NCBI GenBank assembly: GCA_947259485.1
Contig: CAMYLU010000013.1
Coordinates: 25,065-89,064 of the forward strand
From: an uncultured Gammaproteobacteria bacterium
Lineage (GTDB): Bacteria > Pseudomonadota > Gammaproteobacteria > GCA-001735895
DNA length: 64,000 nucleotides
Direction: 5' to 3'
Shown: positions 58,983 to 64,000 of the stretch, piece after piece
How positions within the stretch are numbered: position 1 is the stretch's first letter
Layout: every line of letters begins with the position of its first letter
Notes under the pieces: model-generated
Told to the model about the DNA's origin: nothing
Database searches by the model: none
The model's input: only the letters and a program-made list of their open reading frames with translations
Translations under genes and position numbers: made by a program

Positions 58983-59154
58983 TGATTATTATTAACGGTC
59001 AAGCTTATAGCCGCGCCACGTTATCAGGAAAGCGTGCAAAAACCTATGCCGGGCCCGGCAGGATTAGCAGAATGTAGTTGCCCCTGTTCGGTGCGATAAC
59101 AGCTCGATAATTTAAGATGTTGCACTGCAACATAATTCCTTATAGGATAATCAA

Positions 59155-59682
59155 ATGCCGAGGATTAGCGCTTCATACCATGCAACGGATACCCTGCCCG
59201 ATGGGAGGGTTGTGCACCTGCGCGCGATCAGACCGGACGATCGGGAAAAACTGCGCGAAGGATTTTTCAAGCTCAGTAAATCATCGGTGCGAGATCGCTT
59301 TTTCAGCGTCAAACGCGATCTGACCCCGGCCGAGTTAAGCTACTTTACCGAGGTGGATTTCCAGCATCACGTCGCATTGGTCGCCGAACTGCAGGACGGT
59401 TCAGAACGACTCCCCGTCGGTATCGGACGTTTTGTACAGAATCAGGATCAACCGGATCATTCGGAGATGGCAATCACCGTCATCGATGAACTGCAGGGTC
59501 AGGGCATTGGCAGGATACTGCTGTTTCGACTAGTCGACTGCGCGCGCGAACTCGGGGTACGCCATCTCGATGCCACGGTGCTCGCGCAGAATACGCGCAT
59601 GACAAAGCTACTGCAAAAAACCGGACTGCCGCTTTATTCAAGCCTGGACGAAGGTATCAGAACCCTGTCGCTTGCTCTCTAA
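59155..59682 (+). CDS. GNAT-family N-acetyltransferase
   Basis: 175 aa. ..VIDELQGQGIGRILL.. acetyl-CoA binding motif A (Q/R-x-x-G-x-G/A). Confidence 0.75.
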   Translation: MPRISASYHATDTLPDGRVVHLRAIRPDDREKLREGFFKLSKSSVRDRFFSVKRDLTPAELSYFTEVDFQHHVALVAELQDGSERLPVGIGRFVQNQDQPDHSEMAITVIDELQGQGIGRILLFRLVDCARELGVRHLDATVLAQNTRMTKLLQKTGLPLYSSLDEGIRTLSLAL

Positions 59683-59701
59683 TCCCGCCCGCAAGCGCTT
59701 G

Positions 59702-60193
59702 TTAGAGATGATAAAGGTAATTGAACTGCAATGAATCGCCCTCGTCACGAGCGACATACTCAAATCGAAGTTCCGTCCTCTCGTCGGCAAGGTAACCAAG
59801 CCCCGCACCTACCATCAGCCCGCTATCATCGCCGATATCAAAACCCGCGCGCGCCAACCAGCCTAAATCTCCGCTGATAATGCCATCCACCGTATAGGTT
59901 CCCCAGATACCGGTACTGTCGCGCTTGTAGCCGTAATCCATCAAGCCCAGTTCGATCGAGCTATTCACACCCTCCATCAGGCTAACCTCGATCAAATCGT
60001 AGGCGACGAAAAACTGAAAGCCGATTTCGTTGTCTTCATCAAGGTCGTCATCATCGATAGAGTTACTTGAAATACCAGCCCCGATCGAAAAAAGATCTTT
60101 ATTCAACAATGGCTGGCCGTCGTCAGAAATGGCTGGTGTCACTAAGCCACCAAAGAGCAAGGTAAAAGATAAAGCAAGCAGGTATTTGTGCAT
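59702..60193 (-). CDS. Small outer-membrane beta-barrel protein
   Basis: Start at MHKYLLALSFTLLFGGLVTPAIS (signal peptide). Alternating hydrophobic beta-strands and Asp/Gly-rich loops. The 60205 start is an alternative. Confidence 0.55.
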   Translation of the reverse strand: MHKYLLALSFTLLFGGLVTPAISDDGQPLLNKDLFSIGAGISSNSIDDDDLDEDNEIGFQFFVAYDLIEVSLMEGVNSSIELGLMDYGYKRDSTGIWGTYTVDGIISGDLGWLARAGFDIGDDSGLMVGAGLGYLADERTELRFEYVARDEGDSLQFNYLYHL

Positions 60194-60338
60194 TTTAGCT
60201 GTCATTCCAGAATCCTTATTTATAAATCGATAGAATTGCGCGGCATCCTAACCATGCTCAGCCCCACAATCAAGGCGTAACTGCCGGGGAATTCAATAAA
60301 GTGAAATAGTTGTGCACAGCGAAAAATTTCAAACCAGG

Positions 60339-61520
60339 TTAATCGATCACCACCAGTCCCCGATGCACGTCGCACAGCCGCTCACCGCCCGTGTCGGTGA
60401 CAACAAACGGTTCTGATACCGCGGCACCGAAATCGTCCAGCCAGACGCCCGACTGAAAGTGAAAACACATGCCTTGTTCGAGTACGGTTTTGTCTCCGGG
60501 ACGGAGGCTGGCGGTGCGCTCACCCCAGTCCGGCGGAAAATTCAAGCCGATCGAATATCCAACCCGGCTCTCCTTGCGGTAGCCGTTTTTATTGAGCACA
60601 TCCTGCCACACGCGTTCAACTTCTTCGCAACTGGTTCCCGGCCGTGAGACTTCGAGTGCGGCGTCGACTCCAGTAACAATAACCTCTGCCAACCGGGATA
60701 CCTCGGACGGAGGTTTGCCCAGATGCATGGTACGGGTTAATGGCGCATGGTAGTGGCGACGTGCAGCCCCGATTTCCATGACTACCAGTGAATCCGCAGG
60801 CAGCGGCTCGTCACTCCAGGTCAGGTGCGGCGTACTGGTGCCCTCGCCAACCTGGATCAACGGGCACAGGCTGGTGTAATCACCGAACTTGCCGGGCAAA
60901 CCCAGCACCTGGCCCTGGTAAACCGCGGCGATGATTTCGTTTTGCGGAGTACCCGGTTTAAGCAACTCGATCGCACGTTTCATGACAGCGCTACAAATTT
61001 GGCCCGCTTCCCGCATGTAACTGATTTCATTTTCGGATTTAACCAGGCGTACCCAGTTAACCAGTTCCTGGTTGTCGCTAATATTCGCATCCGGCAGTCC
61101 CGCAACCAGGTGGCGGTGGGCACGCGCCGTATAATAATGAGCATCGAGTTCGACACCGATTTCAGCTTTGCTCCAGCTCCGACTATTAATATACTCACAC
61201 AGTTCGTCAAAAGGATGTTGCGTCTGATGGTGCACCAGCGGCTCCGAGAACGAAATGATATTGGCCGCGGGAAGATCGGTCGTAATATGCGCCGATTTCG
61301 CATCCTGGGCGCGACCAAACCAGATCGGCATTTCTTCATCGATGTGCACCAGCACACATTGCGGGGTGTAAAACGACCAGCCGTCAAAGCCCGTGAGGTA
61401 ACACATGTTGGCTGGATCCTGGCACAGGAGCAGTTCAAAACCAGTCTTGCGCATGCGCTGCTTTGTGCGTGCCACGCGGTCCGCGTATTCCGATTTTTCG
61501 AAGGATTTTTGATAAGCCAT
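60339..61520 (-). CDS. M24-family metallopeptidase / amidohydrolase (creatinase or ectoine-hydrolase DoeA-like), second paralog
   Basis: 393 aa. Creatinase_N domain plus pita-bread fold with conserved Asp, His and Glu ligands. Paralog of 40445..41641. Confidence 0.8.
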   Translation of the reverse strand: MAYQKSFEKSEYADRVARTKQRMRKTGFELLLCQDPANMCYLTGFDGWSFYTPQCVLVHIDEEMPIWFGRAQDAKSAHITTDLPAANIISFSEPLVHHQTQHPFDELCEYINSRSWSKAEIGVELDAHYYTARAHRHLVAGLPDANISDNQELVNWVRLVKSENEISYMREAGQICSAVMKRAIELLKPGTPQNEIIAAVYQGQVLGLPGKFGDYTSLCPLIQVGEGTSTPHLTWSDEPLPADSLVVMEIGAARRHYHAPLTRTMHLGKPPSEVSRLAEVIVTGVDAALEVSRPGTSCEEVERVWQDVLNKNGYRKESRVGYSIGLNFPPDWGERTASLRPGDKTVLEQGMCFHFQSGVWLDDFGAAVSEPFVVTDTGGERLCDVHRGLVVID

Positions 61521-61703
61521 GATCTTGAAACCAGCACCTGCAGGAAAAATTGATCCGTGAACTATACGCTAAACTTAACGGCGCAAAAATATCGAGATCT
61601 TTAGTATCGAGAAGGTCAGATTGACAGCACAACCCGGTTGCCGGAATTTAAGCCCTGGTTTCAACGTGGATCCCGGAGTGCTTGCGATGAGAAGAGCAAT
61701 CGC

Positions 61704-62222
61704 TCAATACGATCCCCTGGAACTCCCCTTCCAGCGCCCGGCATGTAGCCCTGCCGGTGCCCCACCCCGGTAATACCATTTATTCCGATGGCCACGCCGG
61801 TAGTTGTTTTTTTTATGCATCCGACCGTGTCCATGTCGCCGATGAAACCAGCCATGGTAAACATTCTCAGTTTGCTTTTCCTGCGGCTCAATTACGTAGA
61901 CAACCTGTGGTTCCACGGTTTGCAGGGCAGCTTCTTGCCTGGTTCTTTCCAACTTTAATTTTTCTTGTTCAAGACGTTCTTTATGCAAACGCTGCCATTG
62001 ATTTTTGATCGAATAATAGTCGTTTTTAATACTACTCTTTGCCGGCTTGCGGTCACGCAGGTCAATCTTGGTTACCGTTGTTGCAGGCGTTTCAGGGGCT
62101 GCATCGGAGTAATGGGTAACGCCCTTCTCGTCGATCCATTTATGCGCGACCGCAGCGGACCCGGGCACGAATATGCAACTGCTTAACAGGATAAAGGTTA
62201 GATTGTTGACCAATCGCTGCAT
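61704..62222 (-). CDS. DUF4124-domain protein with a His/Arg/Tyr-rich C-terminal tail
   Basis: Start at MQRLVNNLTFILLSSCIFVPGSAAVA (signal or lipobox LSSC). HKWIDEKGVTHYSDAAP DUF4124 hallmark. Tail ..HGWFHRRHGHGRMHKKNNYRRGHRNKWYYRGG... The 62267 start is an alternative. Confidence 0.6.
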   Translation of the reverse strand: MQRLVNNLTFILLSSCIFVPGSAAVAHKWIDEKGVTHYSDAAPETPATTVTKIDLRDRKPAKSSIKNDYYSIKNQWQRLHKERLEQEKLKLERTRQEAALQTVEPQVVYVIEPQEKQTENVYHGWFHRRHGHGRMHKKNNYRRGHRNKWYYRGGAPAGLHAGRWKGSSRGSY

Positions 62223-62314
62223 AGCAATTCGACTGAATTTTCTGCTTCGAGTTCTGAAATCGTACAATTGAATTCCGAACCGATCAAACTTGAAGCATTA
62301 TTGGAGTTCATGTT

Positions 62315-63196
62315 CTAGCCTGTTTCAAAATCGATCCATAAGGGCTGATGATCAGACCCTTGTGCCGTTTCATCAACCCAGGATGCGCCGGCACTAGCGA
62401 TAAGATCTGCGGTGACGAAACAATAATCGAGGCGTTCGCTTTGCTCGTCTTCGGGACGCCCCGGATTCGGATGCCAGGTCATAACATTACTGCCTGGATT
62501 TGTCCGGGCCCAGATATCCGTTAGCAATGGGTCGTTATGCCCCGCATTTGCGGTAGCAATAATTGCATACTCGGAACTTTCGGGATGCATATTGAAGTCG
62601 CCCAGGACCACCGCGCTCTGTGGCATCGGCGGTTGTGCTACGCCGGCGGTCCAATCCCTTTCAGCCCCCGCCGTGACCGGGCCGGTCCAGGCACCGCCCT
62701 CGGACGGCGAATTCTGCACCAGCTTGATCACGAAATTTGCCTGCTGCTGGCGTTCCTCGCTTGAAACCGAACCGAAATGTAAATTGTAGATGCGGAGTGC
62801 CCCGGCTGGTGTCTCAATCACCCCTTCAAGCACACCCATCTGCATATTGAATCCAGACTCGATAGCCAGGCGTGGCAATGGATAATATCGCTTGCTCAAG
62901 ATCGGCCAACGACTGAGCAACATCTGCCCATGCTCAATACGTCGATTGAGAATCGCACCATCCGCGCGCTTCTCGCTACCATCGATATCGAAGGCCGCAT
63001 CAAAAACCCAGTAGTAATCGGGCAACAATGCGGCAATATCTTCGGGTTGAGAAGGTCCGTCCGGTGGCCCGTAATTTCGCTCGACCTCCTGCAGGGCAAC
63101 AATGTCGGCACCCTGAACCGAGTCAATCAGGCGTTGCAGATCGTACCGATTGTCCTTACCGATGGCATAGTGAATGTTATAAGTGACAATTTTCAT
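62315..63196 (-). CDS. Endonuclease/exonuclease/phosphatase (EEP) family protein
   Basis: 293 aa. ..MKIVTYNIHY.. N-terminal motif, ..ALQEVE.. catalytic Glu, C-terminal ..GSDHQPL.. His. Confidence 0.8.
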   Translation of the reverse strand: MKIVTYNIHYAIGKDNRYDLQRLIDSVQGADIVALQEVERNYGPPDGPSQPEDIAALLPDYYWVFDAAFDIDGSEKRADGAILNRRIEHGQMLLSRWPILSKRYYPLPRLAIESGFNMQMGVLEGVIETPAGALRIYNLHFGSVSSEERQQQANFVIKLVQNSPSEGGAWTGPVTAGAERDWTAGVAQPPMPQSAVVLGDFNMHPESSEYAIIATANAGHNDPLLTDIWARTNPGSNVMTWHPNPGRPEDEQSERLDYCFVTADLIASAGASWVDETAQGSDHQPLWIDFETG

Positions 63197-63359
63197 CGCA
63201 ACAGCACGTCATCAGATCAGGGTGTCTTATATTAATCTGATTTAAGGTTGAATGTTTCTGATCAAATTCTCTACCATGAGAGATTGACCATATACCAGTG
63301 CCAATCAAACCGACAGTCATCAAAAGAGCAGCCACTATTACCACGTTTAAAATATCCAT
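63177..63359 (-). CDS. Possible small membrane protein (60 aa) overlapping the EEP gene start
   Basis: MDILNVVIVAALLMTVGLIGTGIW single TM. Good GGAGAG Shine-Dalgarno 6-7 nt upstream. C-terminus CCCDENCHL overlaps the EEP start by 20 nt. Speculative. Confidence 0.3.
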   Translation of the reverse strand: MDILNVVIVAALLMTVGLIGTGIWSISHGREFDQKHSTLNQINIRHPDLMTCCCDENCHL

Positions 63360-63680
63360 CAGGTCTCTCCAGATATGATGTAACTAAAATTTTAAAGATC
63401 GCAATTTAGTTATTATTGATGCGGACCATTGAAAAGTAATTGAGGATGGTGTTTGGATAAATTTACAATACCTGCGAATGAAAGTAACACTTTTCAAAAT
63501 ATTCTAAGTTGAACACCACTTTGTGCCAGCGCGACTACCCAGATGAGAAGGTTATGATTAACAACGAAAGGGGATGGCGCTACCCCATATCAGACATTGA
63601 AAAACCCTTCTTGTGGGGCGGAGAACGGCCAGGAACGAATAGTCAGGAATTGCTAGATTTTTTGGGGGTTTTATATCAAC

Positions 63681-64000
63681 CTAAATAGTAGAAACAAATT
63701 CGTTTACTTCGCTGCGAAATTCCCTGGCTATATTAACCACCCAACTTTGAAATTGGCGTTGCAATTTTGAAAGCTCTCGCCCATGCACAGAAACAAGGCG
63801 ATATTGATAACTGGCCGGACAATTTAGCTTTGCACCAAATGGCGCGACAAGAATGCCTTCTTTAATCGCGTTGTAAGCTTCCGTAATTCCACACAGTACA
63901 AGCCCTTGCCCTCTGATGGCGGTTTGTATCCCTGAATAAAACTCGGTCAAGCGCATGCCAGTCTGTAGAGTATCCTGTTGGAAACCAAAAGCTTCCCCCC
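63681..64000 (-). CDS. LysR-family transcriptional regulator, C-terminal substrate-binding part; the 5' end lies beyond the window
   Basis: The frame is open to the window end. ..LVLCGITEAYNAIKEGILVAPFGAKLNCPASYQYRLV.. resembles a LysR effector-binding domain C-terminus. Confidence 0.55.
   Translation of the reverse strand, partial: GEAFGFQQDTLQTGMRLTEFYSGIQTAIRGQGLVLCGITEAYNAIKEGILVAPFGAKLNCPASYQYRLVSVHGRELSKLQRQFQSWVVNIAREFRSEVNEFVSTI

Overview
This 64-kb window looks like a chromosomal segment from a marine-type gammaproteobacterium, roughly mid-50s %GC by eye. It mixes conserved housekeeping blocks with several lower-GC accessory insertions. The core genes are an orphan aceK flanked by two FAH-family hydrolase genes, the syntenic rpsT-murJ-ribF-ileS-lspA-fkpB-ispH block, bioB/comF, and a class I fumarate hydratase flanked by two copies of a REP/MITE-like palindromic element. 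Further along are an SLC13 plus ABC-2 exporter operon and a long transporter and catabolic cluster: an ectoine-uptake-like polar amino-acid ABC transporter, class III aminotransferase, M20 and M24 peptidases, a DAO-like FAD oxidoreductase, two SDRs and a beta-carbonic anhydrase. Four loci are not explained by housekeeping functions. (1) A two-component system divergently coupled to a PspA/IM30, membrane protein and periplasmic vWA operon. (2) A roughly 860-aa low-GC secreted protein with an N-terminal DUF4124 motif, three ~115-aa internal repeats each with a conserved CAP cysteine, and a C-terminal domain resembling a type IV pilin head group that lacks the pilin N-terminal helix, preceded by a double-CxxC thioredoxin-like protein. 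(3) A roughly 10-kb low-GC island at about 35.8-46.3 kb in which unrelated cargo genes on both strands alternate with at least 8 copies of a bipartite intergenic repeat (core GAGCGTCYGCTT... / TTGGCCGAAGNTTGCCTCC). The cargo includes an outer-membrane barrel, a Cys-rich secreted protein, an MBL hydrolase, a membrane adenylate cyclase, an M24 peptidase, a lipoprotein, a rhomboid protease, PPK2 and a peroxiredoxin-like protein. A decayed small tyrosine-recombinase gene also sits there, so the layout is integron-cassette-like but unconfirmed. (4) A small operon encoding a His/Tyr-rich secreted peptide and a protein with a GlyGly-CTERM-like tail. His/Tyr-rich low-complexity tracts recur in three exported proteins. 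I found no rRNA, tRNA or CRISPR array by eye.
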